A DNA stretch of 64,000 bases from an uncultured beta proteobacterium (GCA_903848955.1 CAINHS010000122.1:647-64646), one strand, 5' to 3'; shown: positions 44,088-52,868, counted from the first letter of the stretch. The notes: generated by a model from the sequence alone, not told the origin. Program-made: numbers and translations.

Positions 44088-44492
44088 ATGCCCATTCACT
44101 TTCTCGCCACGCTGCCGAACTTTCTCGCCTACCTTGGCGCCGCCATCGTCCTGCTGGTCGCCTTTGTCGCGATCTACCTCTATGTCACGCCCTACGACGA
44201 GATCGCGCTGATCCGCGCCAACAACAGCGCGGCGGCCATTTCGCTCTCAGGCGCGGTGCTGGGTTTCGCCCTGCCCATCGCCAACGTCATTGCCCACAGC
44301 GATACGCTGATTGATCTTGCGGTGTGGGGCGCGATTGCCGGCATCGTGCAACTGCTGGCCTGGGGCGTGGCGCGCCTGGCGCTGCCGCAACTGCAGCAAG
44401 ACATCGCCGCCGGACGCACGGCACCGGCTACCCTGATTGCCGCGCTGTCGCTTACCGTCGGCCTGCTCAATGCCGCCTGCATGACTTACTGA
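44088..44492 (+). CDS. DUF350 (YjfL-like) inner-membrane protein
   Basis: RBS AGGAG; four hydrophobic segments; VTPYDEIALIRANNSAAAI; ends LLNAACMTY. Confidence 0.85.
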   Translation: MPIHFLATLPNFLAYLGAAIVLLVAFVAIYLYVTPYDEIALIRANNSAAAISLSGAVLGFALPIANVIAHSDTLIDLAVWGAIAGIVQLLAWGVARLALPQLQQDIAAGRTAPATLIAALSLTVGLLNAACMTY

Positions 44493-44511
44493 ATCTACCA
44501 AGGAGACGCTC

Positions 44512-45531
44512 ATGGCACTCATGGATTTCATCAAGAAACAGTTCATCGACATCATCCAGTGGACCGAGCAGGACGACGACACCATGTCCTGGCGCTTCCC
44601 CATGGCCGAGTTCGAAATTCAGAACGGCGCCGCCCTGACGGTGCGCGAATCGCAGATGGCGGTGTTCGTCAATGAAGGCAAGGTGGCCGACGTCTTCGGC
44701 CCCGGCCAGTACAAGCTGACCACCCAGACGCTGCCGGTGCTGACCTACCTGAAGAACTGGGACAAGCTGTTCGAGTCGCCCTTCAAGTCCGACGTCTATT
44801 TCTTCAGCACGCGGCAGAAGATCGACCGCAAGTGGGGCACGCCGAACCCCGTCACCATCCGCGACAAGGATTTCGGCATGGTGCGGCTGCGCGCCTTCGG
44901 CATCTACGCCTTCCACCTCAGCGACCCCAAGGCCTTTCACACCACCCTCTCCGGCACCACGGAAAGCTACAGCACGGAGCAGCTCGAAGGCCAGTTGCGC
45001 AACACCATCGCCGGCCACATCGCCGACATCTTCGGCGAGTCCGGCGTGCCCTTCATCGACATGGCTTCGAACCAGGTCGAATTCGGCAATGCGCTGAAGG
45101 CCAAGATGGAGCCGATGTTCCAGGGCTACGGCCTGACGCTGGACAGCCTCAATGTGCAGAGCATCTCGCTGCCCGAGGAACTGCAGGCCATGCTCGACAA
45201 GCGCATCGGTGTGAACATGATGGGCGGCATGCAGGCCTACACCCAGTTCCAGACCGCGGAAGCGATCCCGCTGGCGGCGCAGAACGAAGGCGGTCTCGCC
45301 GGACTCGGCGCCGGTGTCGGCGTCGGCTTCGGCGTCGGCCAGCAGGTCGCGGCATCGATGGCGCAGTCGCTGAATCCGGCCGCCTCCAGCGCAGCGCCGG
45401 CCGCAGCCCCGGTATCGCCCGACGAAGTGGTGGCGACGATCGAAAAGCTGCATGGCCTGGTAGGCAAGGGCATGCTGTCGCAGGCTGAGTTCGATGCGAA
45501 GAAGGCCGAGTTGTTGAAGAAGCTCGGGTAA
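44512..45531 (+). CDS. SPFH (band 7)-domain protein, YdjI-like, with C-terminal SHOCT-like helix
   Basis: FIDIIQW, LTVRESQ, KWGTPNPVTIRDKDFG; C-terminal IEKLHGLVGKGMLSQAEFDAKKAELL. Confidence 0.85.
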   Translation: MALMDFIKKQFIDIIQWTEQDDDTMSWRFPMAEFEIQNGAALTVRESQMAVFVNEGKVADVFGPGQYKLTTQTLPVLTYLKNWDKLFESPFKSDVYFFSTRQKIDRKWGTPNPVTIRDKDFGMVRLRAFGIYAFHLSDPKAFHTTLSGTTESYSTEQLEGQLRNTIAGHIADIFGESGVPFIDMASNQVEFGNALKAKMEPMFQGYGLTLDSLNVQSISLPEELQAMLDKRIGVNMMGGMQAYTQFQTAEAIPLAAQNEGGLAGLGAGVGVGFGVGQQVAASMAQSLNPAASSAAPAAAPVSPDEVVATIEKLHGLVGKGMLSQAEFDAKKAELLKKLG

Positions 45532-45537
45532 AACCCG

Positions 45538-45660
45538 TTAGCCACAGAGCGTTTTGCGTGCCCTTGAATCCGCTGCGCGCGACGGCAACAGAGTTCACAG
45601 AGAAAAGCAAAGGCTGGCTCATGGTTTTTCCTCTGTGTCCTCTGTGATCTCTGTGGCTGA
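45538..45660. repeat. Palindromic intergenic element with internal CACAGAG repeats (copy 3, CAC variant)
   Basis: TTAGCCACAGAG...AACAGAG-TTCACAGAG / CTCTGTG-TC-CTCTGTG-AT-CTCTGTGGCTGA. Confidence 0.8.
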
Positions 45661-45675
45661 AGAGGTTTTTCTCTA

Positions 45676-47628
45676 ATGCCCTTTTCCGCCAACTGCCCTT
45701 CCTGCGGCGCGCCGGTTGTCTTCAAGTCCTCGGCGTCGTTTCACGGCGTCTGCGAATTCTGTCGCAGCACGCTGGTACGCCATGGCGGCAACCTGGAAAA
45801 CCTCGGTCGCATGGCCGACCTGATGGAGGACAGCTCGCCGCTCCGGCTCGGTAGCGAAGGCGACTATCGCGGCGTGCATTTCGCCGTGATCGGGCGCCTC
45901 CAGTTGCGTTACGCGGCCGGCATCTGGAACGAATGGCACCTGTTGTTCGATGACCGTCGTGGCGGCTGGCTTTCGGATGCCGGCGGCGAATACCTGATCA
46001 GCTTCCTCACGCCGCCCGGGGCGGAGTTGCCCGGGTTTGCCGCGCTGAAGCCGGACGACGGGCTCAAACTGGCCGGCAGGGACTTCGTCGTCAGCGATCT
46101 GGAAGAGGCCATGTGCATTTCGGGCGAAGGCGAACTGCCCTTCGCCTTCGGCGCCGGTTATCCGGCGCAGCTGGCCGATTTGCGTGGCACGGATCAAGCC
46201 GCGGCTGCCTTTGCCACCATCGATTACTCGGAAACACCGCCGCTGTTTTTCGTTGGCGAATCGCTGCCGTTTGCGGCCTTCAGCTTTACCGGGCTGCGCG
46301 ACGGAGCGGCGCCATCGAAGCCGGCAGGTACGCTCAAGGCGCTGCAATGCCCGGCCTGTGGCGGGGCGATCACGCTGCATGACAAGGCGGTGCAGAGCGT
46401 GGCATGCCCGTCCTGCCTCAGCGTGCTGGCCGCCGACAATGAGAGTCTGAGCATCCTGGCCGGGGCCGCCGCGGCAATGCGCGTCGAGCCGCTGCTCGAG
46501 CTGGGCAGCACGGGGCGCTTCGGCGGCAAGGAGTGGACCGTCATCGGTTTCCAGCAAAGGGCCGTCACCACCGGCGGCATCGACTATCCCTGGCAGGAAT
46601 ACCTGCTCCATCATGCGGACGAAGGATTCCGCTGGCTGGTCGAGGCGGACGGCCACTGGAACTGGGTCAGTCCGGTCGCCAATCCGCCGCGCTACACGGC
46701 CGGGCTGCCCTCGCTCAGCTACGCCGGCGAGCGCTACCTGCGCTATTCGGCGGGCGCCGCCGAGACGCGTTATGTCATCGGCGAGTTCACCTGGAAGGTG
46801 AGCGTGGGCGAAATCTGGCAGACCATCGACTTCATCGCCGCGCCGAAGATGTTGAGCCGCGAGACGAGCCGGAATGAAACCACCTGGTCGCTCGGCGAAT
46901 ATCTGCCGCCGGCCGAGGTCGCGGCCGCCTTCAAGCTGAAAACCGCGCTGCCAGCAGCTATCGGCATCGGCGCCAATCAGCCGAACCCGCGCCGTGAAAG
47001 CCATCGCCGCATCTGTAGCAACTTCTGGAAATTCTTTACCCTGGCCCTGGCGGCGCAGTTGCTCTGGGTCTTCATTCTGGGCGGACGCACGCTGCTCGAT
47101 CAGCGCCTGGTGTTCTCGCCGCAGAATGAAGAGCCGCTGACGACCCAGACCTTCCGGCTCGACAGCGCGGCGAGAAACATTGCGCTGCGCCACGACACCG
47201 ATCTCGACAACAACTGGCTGGGGCTGAACCTGACCCTGGTGGACAAGCACACCGGCCGTGCCTGGACGGCGCAAGGCGACATGGCCTACTGGCACGGCTC
47301 CGACGGCGGCGAAAGCTGGAGCGAAGGCGACCGCTCGCGCGAACTGGTGTTCCGCGACCTGCCGGCCGGCACCTATTACTTTGTCATCGATCCGGAAATA
47401 TCCGCGGAGAAACCGGTCGCCGTGGCAGACCGCATCAAGGTCATCCGCGACCAGGCCGCCTGGAGCAACTTCTTCTTCCTGGTGATTTTCCTTGCCGCCT
47501 TCCCGCTGTTCAGCCGCTACCGGATGACTGTCTTCGAGAACGGGCGCTGGCAGAACGCGGATTTCCTGTCCAGCGGCGCGGACCTGTCATCCGGCGGCAG
47601 TGACGACGACTCCGGGGGAGACGACTGA
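45676..47628 (+). CDS. DUF4178 domain protein with zinc ribbons and C-terminal membrane segments
   Basis: CPSCG..CEFC, GRLQLRY..G.WNEWHL, second ribbon CPACGG..CPSC, WQEYLL; TM segments; Ser/Gly/Asp-rich tail. Confidence 0.8.
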   Translation: MPFSANCPSCGAPVVFKSSASFHGVCEFCRSTLVRHGGNLENLGRMADLMEDSSPLRLGSEGDYRGVHFAVIGRLQLRYAAGIWNEWHLLFDDRRGGWLSDAGGEYLISFLTPPGAELPGFAALKPDDGLKLAGRDFVVSDLEEAMCISGEGELPFAFGAGYPAQLADLRGTDQAAAAFATIDYSETPPLFFVGESLPFAAFSFTGLRDGAAPSKPAGTLKALQCPACGGAITLHDKAVQSVACPSCLSVLAADNESLSILAGAAAAMRVEPLLELGSTGRFGGKEWTVIGFQQRAVTTGGIDYPWQEYLLHHADEGFRWLVEADGHWNWVSPVANPPRYTAGLPSLSYAGERYLRYSAGAAETRYVIGEFTWKVSVGEIWQTIDFIAAPKMLSRETSRNETTWSLGEYLPPAEVAAAFKLKTALPAAIGIGANQPNPRRESHRRICSNFWKFFTLALAAQLLWVFILGGRTLLDQRLVFSPQNEEPLTTQTFRLDSAARNIALRHDTDLDNNWLGLNLTLVDKHTGRAWTAQGDMAYWHGSDGGESWSEGDRSRELVFRDLPAGTYYFVIDPEISAEKPVAVADRIKVIRDQAAWSNFFFLVIFLAAFPLFSRYRMTVFENGRWQNADFLSSGADLSSGGSDDDSGGDD

Positions 47629-47771
47629 TGCCGCGCGCTGCGATGATTCTCAGCCTTGCCGCGTTTGTCTTGTTCAACTACGGACAATACATCGGCTGGA
47701 GCCTGTTTTCAGAAAGTGCCGATGCACAGCCCGTGCGCTCCGCCGGTGCCGCGCGGGTGTACCACAAGTGA
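47628..47771 (+). CDS. Small (47 aa) membrane protein not in the ORF track
   Basis: MPRAAMILSLAAFVLFNYGQYIGWSLFSESADAQPVRSAGAARVYHK; ATG overlaps the DUF4178 stop (TGATG) and fills the gap to speE. Confidence 0.7.
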   Translation: MPRAAMILSLAAFVLFNYGQYIGWSLFSESADAQPVRSAGAARVYHK

Positions 47772-47781
47772 TGCCGGCCTG

Positions 47782-49284
47782 ATGCAGCGCCCGCTGCTGG
47801 TCTCCGTTTTCATCGTCGCCTCCTGCGGGCTGGCTTACGAATTGATCGCGGGCGCGCTGGCGAGCTATCTGCTGGGCGATTCGGTGATGCAGTTTTCCAC
47901 CGTGATAGGCGTCTATCTGTTCGCCATGGGCATCGGTTCCTGGCTGTCGAAGCATGTCGAAGGCAACCTGCTGGTGCGCTTCATCCAGATCGAATTGCTG
48001 GTCGGCCTGCTCGGCGGGCTCTCGGCGGGGCTGCTGTTCCTGCTATTCACTTTGCATTCCGGTCCCTTCCGCTTCGCCCTCTACGGCCTGGTGCTGCTGA
48101 TCGGCATTCTGGTCGGGCTGGAAATTCCGCTGATCATGCGCATCCTCAAGCGCGAGGTGGCATTCAAGGATCTGGTGGCGCAGGTGCTGAGCTTCGACTA
48201 CGTCGGCGCGCTGGCGGTGTCGGTATTGTTTCCCCTGCTGCTGGCGCCGCATCTCGGGCTGGTCAGGAGCGCGCTGTTGTTCGGGCTGCTCAATGCGCTG
48301 GTCGCCGCCTGGGCGCTATGGCTGTTCCGGGCGCAGACCGGTGCATTGCCGGGGCTACGGGCGCAATGCGCGGCAGTGATCGGCCTGCTGGTGCTCGGTT
48401 TCGGTTTCGCCGGAGCCTTCGTCAGCATGGCCGAGGCAAATCTCTACAGCGAGGACATCGTCCATGCCGAGTCCAGCCCCTATCAGCGCATCGTGGTCAC
48501 GCGCTGGCGCGACGAGCTGCGGCTGTACCTGAACCACAATCTGCAGTTTTCCTCGCGCGACGAATACCGTTACCACGAGGCGCTGGTGCATCCCGGACTG
48601 GCGGCCCTGCCCGGCGCGCGCCGGGTGCTGGTGCTGGGCGGCGGCGACGGCATGGCGGTGCGCGAGATTCTCAAGTATCCGCAAGTCGACAGCATCACGC
48701 TGGTCGATCTCGATCCGCGCATGACGGAACTGTTCTCGCAGTCGCCGATGCTGAGCGCGCTGAACGATGCTGCGCTGAGTTCGCCGAAAGTCAAGGTCAT
48801 CAATGGCGATGCCCTGCAGTGGCTGGAAGAAAACCGGGAGATGTTCGATTTCGTCGTCGCCGATTTTCCCGATCCGTCGAATCACAGCCTCGGCAAACTT
48901 TACTCGACGGCGTTTTATCGCCTGCTGAAACATCATGTTGCCGAGACCGGCATGGTCGTGATTCAGGCCACCTCGCCGATGTATGCGCGGGAGAGCTTCT
49001 GGATCGTCGTCGCCACCCTCGAAGCCGCCGGCTGGCAGACCGCGCCCTATCACGCGCTGGTGCCGAGCTTCGGCGAATGGGGCTACATCCTTGCCGGCCG
49101 CCGCGAGTACCGGCCTCCCGCTGCGATACCGGTAGCGACGCGTTTCATCACTGTCGATTCCCTGCCTGCGCTGTTCCATTTCCCGCCCGACATGGCGCGG
49201 CTGGCGGCGGAGCCGAACCGCCTCAACAACCAGTCGCTGGTGCGCGTCTTCGAACGCGAGTGGGGTCGGCTGCAGACACACTGA
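47782..49284 (+). CDS. speE: Membrane-bound polyamine aminopropyltransferase (N-terminal multi-TM + spermidine synthase domain)
   Basis: About 7 TM segments (CGLAYELIAG, LEIPL, FDYVGAL), then DEYRYHEALVH, VLVLGGGDG, DFPDP. Confidence 0.88.
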   Translation: MQRPLLVSVFIVASCGLAYELIAGALASYLLGDSVMQFSTVIGVYLFAMGIGSWLSKHVEGNLLVRFIQIELLVGLLGGLSAGLLFLLFTLHSGPFRFALYGLVLLIGILVGLEIPLIMRILKREVAFKDLVAQVLSFDYVGALAVSVLFPLLLAPHLGLVRSALLFGLLNALVAAWALWLFRAQTGALPGLRAQCAAVIGLLVLGFGFAGAFVSMAEANLYSEDIVHAESSPYQRIVVTRWRDELRLYLNHNLQFSSRDEYRYHEALVHPGLAALPGARRVLVLGGGDGMAVREILKYPQVDSITLVDLDPRMTELFSQSPMLSALNDAALSSPKVKVINGDALQWLEENREMFDFVVADFPDPSNHSLGKLYSTAFYRLLKHHVAETGMVVIQATSPMYARESFWIVVATLEAAGWQTAPYHALVPSFGEWGYILAGRREYRPPAAIPVATRFITVDSLPALFHFPPDMARLAAEPNRLNNQSLVRVFEREWGRLQTH

Positions 49285-49352
49285 TGCCGGGGAAGCCGCC
49301 TGCGCCTTGAGTCGCCGCAAGCGTCGTCAGCGATCCCCGGCGGCCATGCCGT

Positions 49353-49688
49353 TCAGCTGCTCGGCGGCGTGCAATGTACCGCCAGCCAGACAGTCGGCTC
49401 GCCTGCGGCGGTCCAGTCCACGCGGTGACGGCGCAGCGGCGCAATGTGCAGCCAGTCACCCGCGCGCAGTCGCCGCGCTTCGGTTTCATCGGCGAAGCGC
49501 AGCAGCGCCTCGCCGCTCGCCAGCAGTACCCATTCGGCATCCTGCTGTTCATACCAGAAGCCCGGCGGGCTGGCCTGACCGCTGGAGACGATGCGCTCGA
49601 TGCGCACGCCGGGCCCGGCCAGCAGGGTTTCCATGCGCTCGGCTGCTTCCGCCGTGACGGGCAGATCGGCAAAGATATTTCCGGCCAT
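49353..49688 (-). CDS. Cupin domain protein
   Basis: MAGNIFADLP, RIERIVSSGQASPPGFWYEQ, EWVLL, HRVDWT. Confidence 0.85.
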   Translation of the reverse strand: MAGNIFADLPVTAEAAERMETLLAGPGVRIERIVSSGQASPPGFWYEQQDAEWVLLASGEALLRFADETEARRLRAGDWLHIAPLRRHRVDWTAAGEPTVWLAVHCTPPSS

Positions 49689-50053
49689 CAGGCGTCCTCC
49701 AGCAGTTCGGTGTCCTCGTGCGAGTAGGGCGGGCTGCAGCAGCACAGGATGCGCAACGGCCCGCTGCCGGTGGCTTCCACCCGGTGTGGCGTGCCGGGGG
49801 CGATCAGTATCGTGTCGCCGGCCACGACCGGGAAGCAGCTGTCGCCCAGGGTCATGAGGCCGCTGCCGGCGCTGACGTGATACAGCTCCTCGGTCAGGGC
49901 GTGGCGATGCAGGTGCGTCCGGGTTCCGGCTTCGACGGTCGCCTCGGCCAGGCTTTGCAAACGGTTGCCGTGCAGCGACGGATGCATCAGTTCGCGGATC
50001 GTCGAACCGTCACGGGTGACATAGGGCGCGGCATCTGCGTAACGCGATCTCAT
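49688..50053 (-). CDS. Cupin_2 domain protein
   Basis: HRHALTEELYHV...PGTPHRV, CCCSPPYSHEDT. Confidence 0.85.
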   Translation of the reverse strand: MRSRYADAAPYVTRDGSTIRELMHPSLHGNRLQSLAEATVEAGTRTHLHRHALTEELYHVSAGSGLMTLGDSCFPVVAGDTILIAPGTPHRVEATGSGPLRILCCCSPPYSHEDTELLEDA

Positions 50054-50784
50054 TGCCGCGCCGCCTTCTTCTGCAGCAGGCAGTGCAGCAGGGCCTGCTC
50101 GCCGGGCGTCAGCTCGCCGGCGTCGTCGCTGCCGGTGAAATGGCGGCGGAAGGCCTGGCGCGCCGCCGCCGCAACGACGACGTCATAGCCCAGCGCCTGC
50201 AGGCCGAGCATGGCATCGAAGGCGGCCGGCGCGGTCGCGGGCGGCGTCTCGCACCACAGGCCGAAGCCGTGTCCGGCGAGTCGTTGCCAGGGGAAGAGGC
50301 GGCCCGGGTCGACCTTGCGCGCCGGGGCGATGTCACCATGCGCCAGATAATTGCCCGATGGAATCCGGTAGCGCGTGCGCAGTCCGTCGAGCAAGGCCAG
50401 CAGGGCGACGATCTGCGCTTCGGCAAAGGCTTCGTCGCCGGTGTTGTCGAGTTCAATGCCGATCGACGCCGAGTTGAGGTCGGTGGTCCCGCCCCACCAC
50501 GATTCGCCGGCATGCCAGGCGCGGGCAGACTCATCGACGAGTTGCACGACGGCACCGTCACGCCCGATCAGATAGTGGGCGCTGACCTTGCGCTGCGGGT
50601 CGGTCAGGGTTGCCAGGGCTGTCGCCGCGTTGTCGTTGCTGGTCTGGTGCAGGATGATGAAATTGGGGCGGCGCTGGTCGAAGCTGGGGGAGGGCTGCCA
50701 CTGCACGCCGTGTCCCTGACCCGGCGGCAGCGGCGCACAGGCCGCAAGCGTTGCGAGCAGGAGGACAGCGAGTCCGCGCCGCAT
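50050..50784 (-). CDS. N-acetylmuramoyl-L-alanine amidase (Amidase_2, AmiD-like lipoprotein)
   Basis: Lipobox LAAC; IILHQT, VSAHYLI, AWHAG, SIGIE, HGDIAPARKVDPG. Confidence 0.9.
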   Translation of the reverse strand: MRRGLAVLLLATLAACAPLPPGQGHGVQWQPSPSFDQRRPNFIILHQTSNDNAATALATLTDPQRKVSAHYLIGRDGAVVQLVDESARAWHAGESWWGGTTDLNSASIGIELDNTGDEAFAEAQIVALLALLDGLRTRYRIPSGNYLAHGDIAPARKVDPGRLFPWQRLAGHGFGLWCETPPATAPAAFDAMLGLQALGYDVVVAAAARQAFRRHFTGSDDAGELTPGEQALLHCLLQKKAARQ

Positions 50785-50796
50785 GACCGGTTGCCG

Positions 50797-51021
50797 TCAG
50801 ACGGCGGGGATCGGCTTGGTGAGTCGTGCCCGGCTTTGCGCCTCGGACTTGTTCATTTCGGACACCTGGCGGCCGTAGGCCTCGCGCGCAGCCTGCCCCT
50901 GACGCGTGGCCTCGATGCTGCGGATGCAGCGCCAGCGCTTGCCGGCCTTGGTTTCGATCTGGCGCATCTCTGTTTTCGGATGATGCTGCCGGCAGTGGTA
51001 ACAGAAGGCGGTTTCGGCCAT
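50797..51021 (-). CDS. Small hypothetical protein with CxxC motif
   Basis: MAETAFCYHCRQHH...WRCIRSI; RBS-like GGAC/GAG upstream; fills the gap before the amidase gene. Confidence 0.6.
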   Translation of the reverse strand: MAETAFCYHCRQHHPKTEMRQIETKAGKRWRCIRSIEATRQGQAAREAYGRQVSEMNKSEAQSRARLTKPIPAV

Positions 51022-51146
51022 GCGGACGGACTCGGACAGTTGGATATGCCAATTGTAGACGGTCTTGCCATTATGATCCTATAGACTTGAGTCAAGCCGC
51101 CGCGACGGCGTCAATCGATTTCCAGAGCGAAGGCCATATTTTGAAC

Positions 51147-51740
51147 ATGACACCGGGCATTGCGCCCGAGGCGGAGCTGCCGCCATACGACGGCGTGGCC
51201 ATGGCCGACGTCGTGCTGGTGACGTCGCCGGAGGCCGCCGCCGCGGCCCGGCAGGTCTTGCAGGCGGAGGAGGTGCTGGGCTTCGATACGGAGTCGAAGC
51301 CGACCTTCAGCAAGGGCGAAATATCCACCGGACCGCATCTGATTCAACTGGCAACCGCGACCCGGGTTTACCTGTTTCCCGTCGGTCGCCAACCCGAACT
51401 GCCGGACGTCAAGGCTATCCTCGAGTCGCCGCGGATCTTGAAAGTGGGCTTCGGCCTTGACTCCGATCTGGCGCAATTGCGGGCGCGACTGCAGATCGAG
51501 GCGCGGAACATCCTCGATCTGTCGCGTGCGCTGCGCAGCGAAACCGGCAAACAAAGCCTCGGCGCCAAGACCGCGGTGGCGCAGTATTTCGGCCGGCGCC
51601 TGCAGAAATCCAAAAGGACCACCACCTCCAACTGGGCCAATCCGCGGCTGACGGAGCGCCAGATTTTGTACGCCGCCAACGATGCGCAAGTGGCCCTGCG
51701 GGTGTATCGCGCGGCCTTTCCGTCCGGCGCCTTGTCGTAA
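51147..51740 (+). CDS. DEDDy 3'-5' exonuclease domain protein
   Basis: LGFDTESKP, HLIQLA, KVGFGLDSD, SNW, QILYAANDA. Confidence 0.88.
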   Translation: MTPGIAPEAELPPYDGVAMADVVLVTSPEAAAAARQVLQAEEVLGFDTESKPTFSKGEISTGPHLIQLATATRVYLFPVGRQPELPDVKAILESPRILKVGFGLDSDLAQLRARLQIEARNILDLSRALRSETGKQSLGAKTAVAQYFGRRLQKSKRTTTSNWANPRLTERQILYAANDAQVALRVYRAAFPSGALS

Positions 51741-51783
51741 CCTCGCCCCGCCGCGCCGGGCATCCCGCTACGCACAGCGGGGA

Positions 51784-51835
51784 ATAAGCAATCCGCAAAT
51801 TCTTGGTTCGCTTCACGGTCGGGAAACTCTAGAGT
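51784..51835 (+). promoter_or_regulatory. Promoter of the sbp-encapsulin operon with a candidate sulfur-regulator (CysB-like) motif
   Basis: ATAAGCAATCCGCAAATTCTTGGTT (51784-51808) and -10-like TAGAGT (51830-35); the motif recurs upstream of the rhodanese gene. Confidence 0.6.
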
Positions 51836-51866
51836 TCGCCCATCCCAACCGATAGAGGCATCCATC

Positions 51867-52868
51867 ATGATTCGCTCCACCCTTCTCGCGGTGCTGCTCG
51901 GCATTGCGCTAGGCGCCCAGGCTGCCGACGTCAGCCTGCTCAACGTCTCCTACGACCCGACGCGCGAGCTCTACCAGGACTTCAACGCCGCCTTCGCCAG
52001 GCACTGGAAGGCCAGGACCGGCGACAACGTCAGCATCAAGCAGTCCCACGGCGGCTCGGGCAAGCAGGCCCGCGCCGTCATCGACGGGCTCGAGGCCGAC
52101 GTCGTCACGCTGGCGCTGGCCTACGACGTCGATGCGCTGCACGACAAGGCCAGGCTGATTCCCGCCGACTGGCAAAAGCGCCTGCCGCACAATGCCTCGC
52201 CCTACACCTCGACCATCGTCTTCCTCGTCCGCAAGGGCAATCCCAAGGGCATCAAGGACTGGAACGATCTGGTCAAGCCCGGCATCGGTGTCATCACGCC
52301 CAATCCAAAGACCTCCGGCGGTGCGCGCTGGAACTACCTGGCGGCCTGGGCCTACGCGCTGAAGCAGCCGGGCGGCAATGACGCCAGGGCCCAGGACTTC
52401 GTCGCCAAGCTGTTTGCCAATGTGCCGGTGCTCGATTCCGGCGCCCGCGGCTCGACCACCACCTTCGTCGAGCGCGGCATCGGCGATGTGTTGCTGGCCT
52501 GGGAAAACGAGGCCTATCTGGCTGTCAAGGAACTCGGGCCGGACAAGGTCGAGATCGTCACGCCCTCGCTTTCGATCCTTGCCGAACCGCCGGTCAGCGT
52601 CGTCGACAAGTTCGCCGACAAGCACGGCACGCGCAAGGTGGCCGAGGCCTACCTGCAATACCTCTATTCGGAAGAAGGCCAGGACATCGCCGGCAAGAAC
52701 TACTACCGGCCGATCGACAAGAAGGTCGCCGCGAAGTACGCCAAGACCTTCGCCAACGTCAAGCTGATCACCATCGACGAAGTCTTCGGCGGCTGGCAGA
52801 AGGCGCAGAAGACTCACTTCGAGGACGGCGGCTCCTTTGATCAGATCTACAAGCCCGCGGCTCGCTGA
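51867..52868 (+). CDS. sbp: Sulfate ABC transporter substrate-binding protein
   Basis: [39 protein letters not shown]. Confidence 0.95.
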   Translation: MIRSTLLAVLLGIALGAQAADVSLLNVSYDPTRELYQDFNAAFARHWKARTGDNVSIKQSHGGSGKQARAVIDGLEADVVTLALAYDVDALHDKARLIPADWQKRLPHNASPYTSTIVFLVRKGNPKGIKDWNDLVKPGIGVITPNPKTSGGARWNYLAAWAYALKQPGGNDARAQDFVAKLFANVPVLDSGARGSTTTFVERGIGDVLLAWENEAYLAVKELGPDKVEIVTPSLSILAEPPVSVVDKFADKHGTRKVAEAYLQYLYSEEGQDIAGKNYYRPIDKKVAAKYAKTFANVKLITIDEVFGGWQKAQKTHFEDGGSFDQIYKPAAR

